Source: Adineta vaga (lineage: Eukaryota; Animalia; Rotifera). Taken from it: DNA of 64,000 nt. The stretch lies in the NCBI GenBank assembly GCA_021613535.1, contig CP075492.1:19840001-19904000 (forward strand), in the 5' to 3' direction. The translations under genes and the position numbers were made by a program. Each line of letters begins with the position of its first letter. The first letter of the stretch is position 1. This document shows, in pieces, positions 1-11,955 of the stretch. The notes under the pieces were generated by a model. That model searched no databases. It worked only from the letters and a program-made list of their open reading frames with translations, and was not told the origin of the DNA.

Positions 1-426
1 AGTAATAGCCAACTGCTTAATTATCCTACTGGTATTTATCTTGATGAAATTAATTCATATATTTATATTGCGGATTCATATAATAATCGAATTCAACGAT
101 TTCGATTGGGCAATTTAATCAATGGTACTACAGTTGCTGGCGGAAATGGTCCGGGATCATGTAACAATCAATTCAATACACCTTATAGTGTGTATGTTTC
201 AATAAACACAGGATTTATGTATATTGCTGATGGTAATAATCATCGTATATAACGCTGGGCTATTGGAGCCTCATATGGAGTGACAATAGCTGGAATTACT
301 GGCTCTACTAGTACTAGTTTAACACTTTTAAATCAACCATCACGAGCTATTTTAGATCCTAATGAAACAAATGTGTATGTAAATGATATGATGAACAATC
401 GTGTTCTTCGTTTTACTCTTATCTAA
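1..426 (+). pseudogene. 3' end of NHL-repeat (beta-propeller) protein gene with in-frame nonsense codon
   Basis: Frame +1 reads LNYPTGIYLD..IYIADSYNNRIQRF..GTTVAGGNG..FNTPYSVYV..MYIADGNNHRI*RW..LNQPSRAILD..YVNDMMNNRVLRF, i.e. three NHL repeats. TAA at 250-252 replaces the expected Q; natural stop at 424-426, AATAAA at ~449 and ~511. Confidence 0.8.
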
Positions 427-696
427 GAATCAATATTATTTATAACTTAATAAAAAGTACCTTATTTAAACTTTTCTGTTGTATTGTAAAACACTAGAAG
501 TTTTATTATTAATAAACATTTTCTGAAACAAATATATCATTTCATATATCTTTGTATAAATAAGAATTTCACTTCTATAAATATAAATGACATAGATATT
601 TTAATTGAGATACTATTGATGAGGTTATGACAAATCTCAAATTGGTACCAACTTTTACTAAAAATCTGATCGTGGGGTGTATGGGTGAGGGTGAGA

Positions 697-3600
697 CAGA
701 GCTCCGCGGGACGACCAAAAAGTCGTCCCGTCCCGCCCCGTGTCCCGCCTCTTTTCGTCCCGTCCCGTCCTGTCCCGCGTTAGTTTCGATCGAGAGTCCC
801 GTCCCGTCCCGTATTTCGAGCTCTTCTGTCCCGTCCCGTTCGTCCCGTCCCGCATCATGTTTTACTTTTTCAATCTAAATAATTTATTTTACCTCTTAAA
901 TATATTTAACTAACATTAATATTACAAAAAATACTTTTTATCACAAAAAATTGAATGTTCAGCAAGAAGAATCTTTTTCTATGAAAAAAGAATAAGTTTG
1001 AATACTGCTCATCTAGTAACTGATCTAAGAAAAAGTATGTTGTTGAGATTTTCTGGATTGATTGAAGCACGACGTTCACTCATAACGAGCCCACCTCCAC
1101 TAAATTCACGTTCAACTGATGATGTTGTAGCGGGAATACAATGAATCATTCGCGCCAGTTTCGATAATAATGGCAGATTGTTTTGGTTTTCCTTCCAGAA
1201 TATTAAAGGATTGTCAACGAGCAGCTCAGGATTAATATGCATTGATAAGTATTTGTCGACTTCATCATCATCTAGTTCATCATATTCGTCACTGAGATTA
1301 CCGACTTCATATTCTTGACCAAATCGTTTTTTCTTCTTGAGAGGTGGTTCACCTTGAGCATTCGTTTGAAATAATTGTTGTTTTCCTCGATTATGTAACA
1401 AACGTTTTACTTTTTCTCGTTCAGCTATTTCTTTCAATTGTCGTCGTACATAAATCTTGCAAGAATCAATTTCTTCATTGGAACATTTGCGAAGATATCT
1501 GTATCTAGGATGAAGAAATGTTGCTGCAAAATGAATGGGTTCTAAGACAAACATATCTTTTAGTAATTCAAGTAGACGAAGTCGAAAAAATCGAATTCCT
1601 GAAAGCAAAAAATAGTCTTGCTTGAATTATTTTACAAGTGTTCAACTGATATATTCTATCAGATAGAACTATTAAACTCACCATCCGACTCCTCCGATTC
1701 GATATCATATTGATCGTCATCACTTTCTTTTCTTTTCGATGACATATTATCAGAATCATCATTTTCTTTATTGAAATTGATCAAATATTCGAATGAACTT
1801 AATGCTTTACGTAAAGTCATGACACAGATAAGAACTAAATACAACGATGGTTGATTTCCTTTTTGTATAATGGTTAGGATATGCTTGAATGGACGTAATA
1901 AATATACAAGACGTTTGATAATCAATCGATCAATTAAAAATGATTTCTTCTTCTCCTGCAAAACCTTTTTTGTTTCTTTAAAAGAACGATCAATTGATTC
2001 CAACAATTGCATTATCGAAAGCCAACGAACTTTGCTTGATTGATGTAAACTAAAACCACCTTCAGATTGAATATCTTTGTTCAATCCATTCTAGAATATG
2101 GAAAAAAAAGTAAATATTTGTTCATTCGTTAACTCACCAATTTGACATATTTCACAATATCTTTGCAATTGTTGAGCACTTTCAAGACTTCTCGAGCACA
2201 ATTAGGCAGATCTTTAACTTTTGTCTTTGACATATTAACGAAAACAATTTCATCAATATCACCATCCAAAATACTGCTATTGAATAGATCTTCTGAATTT
2301 ACCACATTTTCACCTGTTGAATCAGAAGAAACACCTGTTTGATTTTTGATTGACTCATTCTGGTAGAAACACAACACCAGAATATTGTTCAGTCGGTGAG
2401 CAAAGCAGAAATATGAAGAATAATTCTTCATTGCCTTTACGAAGTTAGAACCACGATCTGTCACAAATTTAAGAATAGATAAATCAGTAATGTTGAACTT
2501 TCCCAATGCTTTATGTAATGCCTAAAAAATACAAGCAATTATAGTGAGAAGAGAAAAAGATCCTCACCTCAATGACACTTTCAGCAGTTTTATCATCTTC
2601 TTCAAATGGAGAGCAACAAAGATCATACGATCGATACTCAAATTGATCATTAACAAATGCGGCAGCAATTCCAAGATAAGAAACTTGATGAACAGGATCG
2701 CTCCATAAATCGGGACAAAATGTAACAGCCTCGCTCTCAAGAGGTTCAATTAATTCTTCACTAATACGAACACGATGTTGATCAGCGAGTTTGGATACAT
2801 GTGCAGCGGTTGTATCAGCACCTCTCAACACTTCATCCACATCAATACAACCACGACGAGCACCTTAATGAAGAGATAAAACAGATATTATTAGAGTTTT
2901 ATGATCAGCTAATTACCAATTGAAATACATTCCTGGATCAATCGCCGAAGTCCTTTATCTTCAACTACTGAAAATGGACGAATACTTTGACAAACCCATT
3001 CTGCTTGTAAATCCTTTATCTTCATAATTTCAGGTGCTTTTAAAACCGGTGATTGTCCTGCATAAAACGTAGTTAAACGTCGCTGTGTCGAAGGTGTTCC
3101 ATTTGCTGCTAATCTTTTATTTCGTTCTTTTGAAGCTTCACAATCATGTCCATTGAGTAATCTCGTACTGTTTGATATGAATGAATATGTGCAAAAACAC
3201 TTCCGGCACGAAACAAATCCATTAATTCGTTCAGCATCACCATTACTATTGATAACTGCGGGAAATCCAAACAAAGTCCAACAATCAGATGTGCGCTTGC
3301 CTGTATTTTCAATAATAATATATTCATTAGATCTTGTTTTGAGCATCGATTGAATTTCACCACATCTGGCTTTATCCACATTTCGAGGAGAAGAAGGTGA
3401 TGAACTGACTAAAGTGATCTGCGAACCACGATGTGCTGCATTTCCAACACGTGAGATAGAAACTGGTGACAAAAGTTCTGGTGACGACATGAAATCGATA
3501 TTTAATTAATAATAAGTATTAATTGCTGAAAATTTATTAAATAAATCAGTGATACAAAAAGAAAAGTGTAGTTGAACAAAGAGAAAGAAAAAGAATGATT

Positions 3601-3845
3601 TACTGTATATTCAATAATCTGAGGATGATTAACCAGATTCGTTCTATAAGCTAACTATCCATTCGTGTATGTTCAAGTTGTAGATGTCGCGGGACACCAG
3701 AAAAAGTTATCGTGTCCCGTCCCGTCCCGTCCAGCGGCCAGTCATGTCCCGTCCCGCTATAGCTTTAATTTTATCGTCCCGTCCCGTCCTGGGACGGGAC
3801 GGGACGGGACGGGACGGGATTTATCCCGTGTCCCGCGGAGCTCTG
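697..3845 (-). mobile_element. Full-length hAT DNA transposon
   Basis: Perfect 16-bp TIRs CAGAGCTCCGCGGGAC (697-712 / 3830-3845), 8-bp TSD GGGTGAGA (689-696 / 3846-3853), subterminal (GTCCC)n arrays at both ends, internal hAT transposase. Confidence 0.97.
1009..3490 (-). CDS. hAT transposase, 5 exons, ~750 aa, apparently intact
   Basis: Exons 3490-2917, 2863-2568, 2521-2138, 2090-1682 and 1598-1009 join through GT-AG introns into one open frame of 2253 nt. BED-type Zn finger (W..F..CRKC..H.C), catalytic-type motifs PDLWSD, VTDRGSN, CFAH, RW, SVEREFS, and a C-terminal hAT dimerisation region (FWK..LPLLSKLAR). Confidence 0.93.
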
Positions 3846-4143
3846 GGGTGAGACAAGCTGCCATGATCGGTTTCGAACCTATTACATATCATCATCAGAT
3901 GGCTTACGACACCAGAAAATGATTTAGTTGTATAATGTGTTCCGAAGTATGATAGAAATACATGCAATCGTGCGCGGCGAAGTGAACTTGTATAGTGATG
4001 AATTCATACTTATGAGATTCAGAGAATGATATGTTTAGAAGGACTCTTTACCGTAAGATAAACTGGGGTAACTAACTATATGTATAAAGATTGATTCTTG
4101 GCTAGTAGGTGCAGTGTTAGTTTAGTCAGAGAAGCTAAGAATA

Positions 4144-4396
4144 GGATTATCGGAAGTTCGCCAATAAGACTTTCGCAGTTTGGGCTTTCGCCAATACACA
4201 TACTGGACATTCGCCAATTCACGAGTTTCCATTGGAATTATGCCATTAAATACTTCTAGTAGTTGGTGATCAAAGAATGATAGAATCTACTCGACTCTCG
4301 CCAATATGTCCTATAGAAATTCGCCAATTGGTGAATGTCCATTGTACTTTCGCCAATAATTGGCGAAAGTCACAATTGGCGAACTTCGGAATTCCC
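4144..4396. mobile_element. MITE-like element with internal TCGCCAAT motif repeats
   Basis: Imperfect terminal inverted repeats (GAAGTTCGCCAAT ... ATTGGCGAACTTC) and about 8 copies of TCGCCAAT/ATTGGCGA in total; no TSD seen. Confidence 0.6.
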
Positions 4397-4589
4397 AACC
4401 AAAGCTATACTTGAATTTGAACTATCTATTCGCCGTATATACAGTCTACTGATAAGTCGTGCTGTTTATTCTCCTTTCTCTCGATTGTTTACATACTTTC
4501 TTCTCCGTTCTGTCCATCTTCAACACGTGTTAGCGTGTAATCGAGGAATTTAAAATTAAATTAATTCCTCTTTTTTGGAATTTTAAGTC

Positions 4590-6257
4590 ATGTCTATGAC
4601 TTCTAATTCTAATAAAAATCATATTAATGATGATGAAGAATTTGAACAATCAATTTTTAATCATGGTCCTAATTTAGTTCATGGTCATAAAGATGCTGAT
4701 GGTTTTGGTAATGTTGTTTCAAATCGTGGTGTTAACACATCAGCAACTGATTCTCTTCTTGTTAATTCTTCAAGTACATCGGTTCGACGTCCACTTTCAG
4801 TGGATGGTACTGATGATTTTCAAGTTGTTTCACATAAAAAACATTCGAAACAACAGTTGCATGGAGTTTCTGATCGTACTGATTCCTTTGTTATTCAAGA
4901 TGCTATTAATGTTAGTGTTCCAGGTGATATTATTGATGGTTTAGTAGCTACTACAACTCATCAATTTACAATTACTGATGAATCTGCTAGGTATGCAAAG
5001 TCACGTTATCCATTTGCTCCTTATGTGCTTTTATTTAAAACTGGAAAAATATCTATTGATCAAGTTAAAAATGAATTATTTAAACATTGTAAAATGGTTT
5101 ACAAATTTGATCTTCAACTATTAAACTGTCGTATAATTCATTCTGATCTTGCTGGTAAAAGTTATAATGTCCTTATTTATGTTAAAAATGCCGAGTCTTT
5201 CTCATTTCTTTTATCTAATGAACATTGGCCTACTACATTTGGTGGTGAACCTTATATATTACATTCGGTACCGTCGATACCACCTCAATTAAGTTTATTA
5301 GTGAAGAATGTTAATTTGGACATTGATTTTGATGAATTTTGTAAAATGGTTAAAGATAAATATCGTCATGTAAAAAATGTCATTCGTTTGAAAAATAAAT
5401 TTCAAAATTTTATTAAATTGGTTAAATTAGAATTGACTTGTGCAACAACTCGTGAAAAAATGTTAAATGATCGACGTCTTCTTATTAATCATATAGCATA
5501 TGATATCGTTGAATTTTTAGCACCTGTTAATGTTCTTATTTGTTCAAAATGTATGGCTCTCGGTCATTTTAAGAAACAGTGTCCTCAACTTAAAGAAACT
5601 TGTCGAACATGTGGTGAATTGGTGGATAATATGAAAGATCATGTATGTTCACAAATAGAAAAATGTATTCACTGTCAATCAAATCATAAGTCCAACTCTC
5701 TTAAATGTCCAGTGGTAAAAAACTTTCGTGCTGAATTAACCAAGAAATTATTACATATTAATAATTCATCTGCACCTGTTTCTAATGGTTTTGTTACAAC
5801 ACAAAATTATGCTTCAATTGTTTCAAATCTTCCTCCACCTCAATCTTCTATTGGTGATTTAAATAATTCTATGTTAAAAAAACTTGATGAAATTATGGGA
5901 ACAATGATTGATATGAAGAAAAAAATAGTTTCTTTTGAAGAAAAACAAAACACAATCGAACAATTCCTACTTGTTAAAAAAACAGGTGATGATCTTATTG
6001 CACAAAACCTGATTGAACTTTCTACAAATCAACAAGGATTAAAGAAGGATATCGTTCAACATAGTCTTTTTATTGAACGTCATGAAAATATGTTTATGAA
6101 ATTAATGTTACCAATGTTCCAGGATTTTATTCCAGTTATTTCTTCTTGTAACCAAGACAAAAAAGGCAATGTACTTGATGCTGATCTGAAATGTAGATTG
6201 GAACGTTATTTGGTACAAATGAAAAAAGCAACTGAAGGTAAAAATTTCTCTAACTAA
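4590..6257 (+). CDS. LINE ORF1, gag-like nucleic-acid-binding protein with three Zn knuckles
   Basis: 555 aa; CSKCMALGHFKKQC (CX2CX4HX4C), CRTC..H.C, CIHCQSNH..C, followed by a coiled-coil-like region. Confidence 0.9.
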   Translation: MSMTSNSNKNHINDDEEFEQSIFNHGPNLVHGHKDADGFGNVVSNRGVNTSATDSLLVNSSSTSVRRPLSVDGTDDFQVVSHKKHSKQQLHGVSDRTDSFVIQDAINVSVPGDIIDGLVATTTHQFTITDESARYAKSRYPFAPYVLLFKTGKISIDQVKNELFKHCKMVYKFDLQLLNCRIIHSDLAGKSYNVLIYVKNAESFSFLLSNEHWPTTFGGEPYILHSVPSIPPQLSLLVKNVNLDIDFDEFCKMVKDKYRHVKNVIRLKNKFQNFIKLVKLELTCATTREKMLNDRRLLINHIAYDIVEFLAPVNVLICSKCMALGHFKKQCPQLKETCRTCGELVDNMKDHVCSQIEKCIHCQSNHKSNSLKCPVVKNFRAELTKKLLHINNSSAPVSNGFVTTQNYASIVSNLPPPQSSIGDLNNSMLKKLDEIMGTMIDMKKKIVSFEEKQNTIEQFLLVKKTGDDLIAQNLIELSTNQQGLKKDIVQHSLFIERHENMFMKLMLPMFQDFIPVISSCNQDKKGNVLDADLKCRLERYLVQMKKATEGKNFSN

Positions 6258-9250
6258 TGTCTTTGTCGCCTTTCGCTTCTCCTTTTTTCTCTTGTACTTC
6301 TTCTGAAAAAAATTGTAAACGTAATGATTTGTTATCTAAAGCTAAAAATAGTTTGTCTCGTTTTGATTTTCATCTTATTTCTACTATTCTTTCAGAATGG
6401 GAGGATAGTTTAACCCTTTCTTCTTGTTTTTCATTGTGGCAAAAGTTTGTACCGAAACTTGTTTGCTCTTCTACTTCTTCTTTACATGTTCTGTCCTTTA
6501 ATGTTCGTGGTTTAGATTTGAGATGGCAAGAAGTTCTTCTTCTTATTTCTTCTTTTAATCCTGATATTATTATTCTTCTAGAAACGGGTAAAATTGATAT
6601 GTCTTTTCATGAGAAAAATTTCCATAACTTTAAAATGTTTTTTCAAAAAGGAGAAAATAGTCATGGTGGTGTTTTAATTCTAGTAAGAAATGATATGATT
6701 GTCTCTCGTATTGAGTGTTGTATTCCTAATGTTTGTGTTGTTGATGTCAAAGGTTGTGAAACTTTAAGAATTCTAGGTGTATATGCACCAACAAGTAAAT
6801 CATGGAATTGGCATGATTTATCGTTCTTTTTATCTATGAAATGTGTTGTCTTTGCTGATTTTAATGTTGATCTTTATCAAGACACTCAGAAATCTGATGT
6901 TTTATTTGAATGGGCTGATAGTCAATTTCTTGCTCCGTTTTTACCTGATAAATCGACCTCTCGAAGATCGGATAGAATTATTGATTATGCTTTTGCTAAT
7001 TGTTCGAACATCTCTATTCAAACTCTGCAAAGTACTACTACTGGAGATCATTGGCCGATCTTTTCTGTTGTTCCGTTTGAAATGAAACAAAATCTTGTTG
7101 GTACAAATGTTCATTGGAAGGTCTTTTCGTTATTTACTGAATATACTTTTAGTTTTTGGGAGAGCTTATGGAATCTTAAAGATATTGATTTGATTTACAA
7201 TGATTATAGTAAATTTCTATATCTTCTTTCTTCTCGATGTACAATTGTCTTTCCTAGAGAAAAATATCGACCTGCTATTCCAGGTGAAATTCGTTCTTTT
7301 CTTTCATACATCAGAGCACTTTCTTTTCAACAAATGAGAACAAAAAATTATGAATTGAAACGACAGATTAACTCTTTAAAAAATCTAGCAAAGATCAAAC
7401 TAAAAACATTTTTTTCTTCTAACCTTTCTTCTCTTCTATATCTTCGTAATACTTCTTCTCCTGCTGCTAATTTTTTTTGGAATAGAACTAAAGGACATCT
7501 TAAACCTTGTTCATCTTCGCTTCATGGTTTTATAGATTCATCAGGTAATGCGTGTAAAGATTCAGAAATGATGTGTAATATTGCGGCTGATTATTATGAA
7601 AAATTCTTTAGTAAATCGGAGATTCACAGACCACATCCATATACAGATTTTCCGCCTATTGAACATGATAATATTGGTGAACAAATTCCTGAAATTACTT
7701 TAGATGAATTACTTGATACTGTTCATTTTAAGCGTAAAAAGAAATCGGTTGATGCAAATGGCCTTTGTAACTTTATGTTCAACTATCTTGATTTGAATCA
7801 TTGGAGTTTATTTCTAAAACTTTTCAATTTTTCCTTTCAGCACGCTGTGCTTCCTAATGGTTGGAAAAACACTAGGATGGTTTTGATTGCTAAAAAAGAT
7901 TCTATTTGTTTGCCTTCTCTTACTCGTCCAATTTCTTTAATTGATTCTTTTCTTAAGATTGGTGAAAGATTATTTCTAAATCGATTTCGTGATGTTCTTG
8001 TGCGTAGAGGTTTACTTCCTGATAATCAGTCTGGATTTAGAGAGGGTTTTCGTTTGCAAACTAGGTTGTTATTATTCTTGGAGGATATCTATAGTATTTT
8101 ATGTAATAGTGAACCAATTTGTACTATTTTTATAGATTTTAAGTCAGCTTTTGATCAGTTGTGGCATTCAGGTTGTATTGGAAAGTTGAGAAATATTGGT
8201 ATTCCTACTGCTTATCTGAATTGGATAGATGTATGGCTTCGTAATAGAAAATGTTTTATTGATATCAATGGTTGTCGTTCACGTTTATTCTCAATTGATA
8301 AAGGTGGTCCACAAGGTAGCGTCCTAACTCCGACGCTATTCATCACCTATCATTGTGACATGAGTGCATTTCTATCTCGTTGTACTAGTCATTTTTTTGC
8401 TGATGATGTTGCTGCTATTCTAGCTGGTCAACTTGGTATACGTTATACTGATCAATGTATTGATCTTGAAAAACGTGTTAAGTTTTTTCTTGATCTTCTT
8501 GAGTTTTATTCACTTTTATCGGACCAACCGCTAAATCGATCAAAGACAGAAGCTTTATTTAGTGCTCGAGCGATTGGATCCCCTAAGTTTTTAGTTGCAT
8601 TTGATACTGATGGTGGTGATGTGGTGAAGTGGGTGAAAGAATATAAATATCTTGGATATATTATTTCATCTAAACTTGGTTGGGGTAAATTAATCAAAAG
8701 TGTTGAATGTAAAGTTCGAAAAAGAATAGCACTTATTCGATCTTTTAAACTTTTTGGTTGTTCATCAGCTGGTCTTCGGAAGGCTTTGTTTTATTCTCAT
8801 GTTTTACCAATATTCACTTGGATATATCCAGTTTTTCCACTATTAACTCGTAAACAACAAGAAAATATGTCCAAATTTTATTATACATCTTTACGACGTA
8901 CTCTCAACTGTCTTGAATGGAATGAAATATTTTTTGCACAGTTACTTGATGAATTATCTTTAGAAGATAGATGTTCGGCTTATTGGAATAGATATTTAGT
9001 AGCACTTTCTAATTCTACGGATGGTAATCTCATTTTTGAAAAAGCTAATCTTTGTGAGTTTAGGAAAAGTTGGTTAGATAGAGAATATTCTATATCTTGC
9101 TTAAGAAAGTCCAAAAGATTTGTTCCTTACACATCGATTTTAGAAAAGGTAGTTACGTGGCTTTCTTCTATTCCTCAGAATTCTTCAGTTTTTCATTATG
9201 ATCTACAAGATATTGAGCTTCTTCAATCCTTTCCTGATTCTTTCTGTTAA
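6257..9250 (+). CDS. LINE ORF2, AP-endonuclease + reverse transcriptase
   Basis: 997 aa open frame. EN motifs SFNVRGL, LLET, GGV, YAP, DFN, IDY, DH; RT motifs RPISL, QSGFR, FIDFKSAFD, PQGSVL, FADD, YKYLG. Overlaps the ORF1 stop as TAATG. Confidence 0.95.
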   Translation: MSLSPFASPFFSCTSSEKNCKRNDLLSKAKNSLSRFDFHLISTILSEWEDSLTLSSCFSLWQKFVPKLVCSSTSSLHVLSFNVRGLDLRWQEVLLLISSFNPDIIILLETGKIDMSFHEKNFHNFKMFFQKGENSHGGVLILVRNDMIVSRIECCIPNVCVVDVKGCETLRILGVYAPTSKSWNWHDLSFFLSMKCVVFADFNVDLYQDTQKSDVLFEWADSQFLAPFLPDKSTSRRSDRIIDYAFANCSNISIQTLQSTTTGDHWPIFSVVPFEMKQNLVGTNVHWKVFSLFTEYTFSFWESLWNLKDIDLIYNDYSKFLYLLSSRCTIVFPREKYRPAIPGEIRSFLSYIRALSFQQMRTKNYELKRQINSLKNLAKIKLKTFFSSNLSSLLYLRNTSSPAANFFWNRTKGHLKPCSSSLHGFIDSSGNACKDSEMMCNIAADYYEKFFSKSEIHRPHPYTDFPPIEHDNIGEQIPEITLDELLDTVHFKRKKKSVDANGLCNFMFNYLDLNHWSLFLKLFNFSFQHAVLPNGWKNTRMVLIAKKDSICLPSLTRPISLIDSFLKIGERLFLNRFRDVLVRRGLLPDNQSGFREGFRLQTRLLLFLEDIYSILCNSEPICTIFIDFKSAFDQLWHSGCIGKLRNIGIPTAYLNWIDVWLRNRKCFIDINGCRSRLFSIDKGGPQGSVLTPTLFITYHCDMSAFLSRCTSHFFADDVAAILAGQLGIRYTDQCIDLEKRVKFFLDLLEFYSLLSDQPLNRSKTEALFSARAIGSPKFLVAFDTDGGDVVKWVKEYKYLGYIISSKLGWGKLIKSVECKVRKRIALIRSFKLFGCSSAGLRKALFYSHVLPIFTWIYPVFPLLTRKQQENMSKFYYTSLRRTLNCLEWNEIFFAQLLDELSLEDRCSAYWNRYLVALSNSTDGNLIFEKANLCEFRKSWLDREYSISCLRKSKRFVPYTSILEKVVTWLSSIPQNSSVFHYDLQDIELLQSFPDSFC

Positions 9251-9595
9251 CTTCTATGTTATACTCATTCTTGTTATTTCTCTTCTTCATGTTCTTATTT
9301 AACAACTTACTGTTTTTCTTCCTCTTGGTTTCTATGTAATCGTTATATCTATACTTATTTTTCTCGTTCTTGGTTTTAATGTATTGCTCTTGATTTAATC
9401 ATTATATTTCATTCCGTTTCTGTTTTTTTTTCTTCTCTCTTTTTCTCCTTTTACTACAAACATTGTACTGTTAGGATCGAATGATCACAGTTATTTAGCA
9501 AAAAAAAAAAACTGTTTTACCTATAGTTTTTACTAAGGTAGTAAGAGCACCTAACTGTTTCGCACCTGAGATAGGTATACTTAGAGCAACACATC

Positions 9596-9804
9596 TGTAA
9601 CGATAAAGATATCACTCTATGTGGTGATATCAATATATGATCATCTCTCCCAAACATGCGTATCCTCTTGTTCTTCTCTCTTTCCCTCTCTCTATATAAG
9701 CGTGCATTGTATTGTAGAGTGGTTACACTCTGGGTATGTGAGATAGCCGAATAAACATCTATACCGTGAGAAGCGGTCAGCTACTCAACCAGTTTGTCGT
9801 TACA
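9596..9804 (+). mobile_element. Solo LTR (209 bp)
   Basis: TGTAACGA...TCGTTACA inverted termini, 5-bp TSD ACATC (9591-9595 / 9805-9809), internal TATATAAG (~9693) and AATAAA (~9750). Confidence 0.9.
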
Positions 9805-11955
9805 ACATCCACATGATTTCCATTGAAATCCCCGGGACACATCTAGGTATGTTCCCTTGTGAGAGCGTGCCTTGTTCTTTTTCTTAAGTACTTAAAATGT
9901 ACTGACTATTCGTTGATAGACTGATCTAGCTCATTTATTTTATTATCGAATGAACTACGATTTGAATATACCAACTGAAATTGATAAGCATTTATATAAG
10001 ACATCGAGAATACAATTGATCGTATAATTATAATGTAATGAAGTATCTACAGATATATACATCAAGTATGACAATGACAAAATTGTAAATAGAAATAAAT
10101 GTATCCCATAGAAAAATATCATGTGCATCATCTCTGTAAAACAGATACAAAACTTTTTCTTATATTTCAAGTAAATTAGATAATAAACTATATTTTAAAA
10201 GCGATTGATATATTGAAGTTTTAATATACAGGATGGTATCCTCGTTAAGAAGATCGCTGCTATCTCATACTACAGACAGGGTGTATATTGATGATTTCAT
10301 TTTATTTATTTTTCGAAACCTGCATGTAATAACTCTATAAAAATTATAATGATATTTGCATAATAAATTGTTTCTCCAGAAATTAAAAAGACAAACTATA
10401 TGTCTTTATTTTATAAAGTAAAGATAGAGTAACACCCCTATTTTTAATTATGATGTTCATTCTCGAGATTTGATGTCGACTGAACGGTATTAGTAGCAAA
10501 AGTAATGAAAAATAAATCTATCTATCAAACCAAAATCTTGTTAGAATACTTTCTTTTTACTACTTTATTTAACGCAATTGAATAAGCGATAGTTTTATAT
10601 AGTTACATTAAAGAGAGAGAGAGAACATCAAAGATCGAGGTTGTTGTACTTGTCATTCATAAAAATATTTTTATAATATAAATACTTTTTTCTATGCAGT
10701 TTCAAATCATGCACTGAGAAGATAATCGTTGTAGTAAAAGAAATCATTTATCGGAGATTATGTTTATTCTGGCAGCCATTCAGAATAATTGATATGAAGT
10801 GATCTAGACAGACAGTTTTAGAGATAAATAACAATCAAACAAATGAATTAATTGCTTCGAAGATTTTTCTGTCGGACAAAAAATATGACTAAAAGCATGT
10901 TACAATAAATTAAATCGTTAAGATGTGCTACATTGGCAAATGTTCACAATTAAACGTGAATTTTCTCATCGCAGAACATTTATTAGATTATAGATGCTAT
11001 CTATGAATTGACAAATATTATTTATAAAAGTATAGCAACATAAGCATTCTTTCATCAGTGAATAATTTGCATCATATGCTATCCACAAGCTATGTATTTT
11101 GTTTCGTACACTTTGAGAGCAAGTCGAGCAATCATTCTGATGATGTGAGTATGAGTGGAAGTGTGACGAATAATGAACATCCTCACTCACATCCTTTTAA
11201 TATTTAACATTAATTTCAGTCGTGTACTGTTAAGCACAATTGCTAACATCTAACTTTTTCTTTTCATTCTTATTTATGCTTATATTTCTAGAGCTATAAT
11301 GAAAATTGTTTTAGTTTTCTGAAATGAAAAGAAATTTAATACTTTGCGTTATTTATTTACACATGACTCATTCTTTCTACGATCATCTCAATTACTAATA
11401 AACAAAGAAAATAATTCATGCTGACAAGTCATATAAGTGTATAGAATACTATGAATAGGATAGATGATAACATGCCTCGAAAAGTATTTAAAAAAAACTT
11501 CCAGTGACGGATGAATCATCGTGATGTCTATAGAAATTTCGTTGCAATCTATTCATAAGTGATTCATTATTACTCTAGTTGTGCATTTGATGTGTCGGCA
11601 ATGAATAGAATGATGATAGAAAAAAAACTGTGAAACATGTTAGACAAAGAATTTGACCAATAAGAAGTAGATCGTTAATAAACGTCATTAGGAATATATA
11701 AAAAGGAAAAAGAAGAAACGTAGATTTTTAAGTATATAAAAAGGTTGTTTTTTATATGTAAAATGCGTTATTCTAGCCTGAAATGTTCATCAGTAGCATT
11801 ATTCAAACCTTTTTGTATCCGTTTTACGTTCACTGTTAATAATTAAATTGTCTTGCTAGGTTTTGATAATCTTTTTCACTTTTAATGAACTGATGGATAG
11901 AAACAATATTGCATAGAATTCATTATCGTTATACTTTCATTTCTTCGTAGCACTA

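Larger units (their letters stand above)
4441..9511 (+). mobile_element. Full-length non-LTR retrotransposon (Jockey/I-group-like, resembling bdelloid Hebe-type LINEs)
   Basis: 5' UTR beginning near ACAGTC, ORF1 (gag-like) plus ORF2 (APE-RT), pyrimidine-rich 3' UTR, A12 tail at 9500-9511; no TSD found. The 5' boundary is approximate. Confidence 0.9.

Noticed and set aside
627-878. Pro/Ser/Arg-rich ORFs at 627-878, 658-858 and 3665-3922
   Set aside because: Translations of the hAT (GTCCC)n subterminal repeats, not genes.
3859-3930. B-box-like GGTTCGAAACC on the minus strand suggesting a tRNA or SINE
   Set aside because: No convincing cloverleaf, acceptor stem or A box could be built.
4151-4390. 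Recurrent TCGCCAAT motifs as a possible CRISPR-like array
   Set aside because: Repeats are only 8-10 bp, irregularly spaced, in both orientations and enclosed by TIRs; eukaryotic context with no cas genes.
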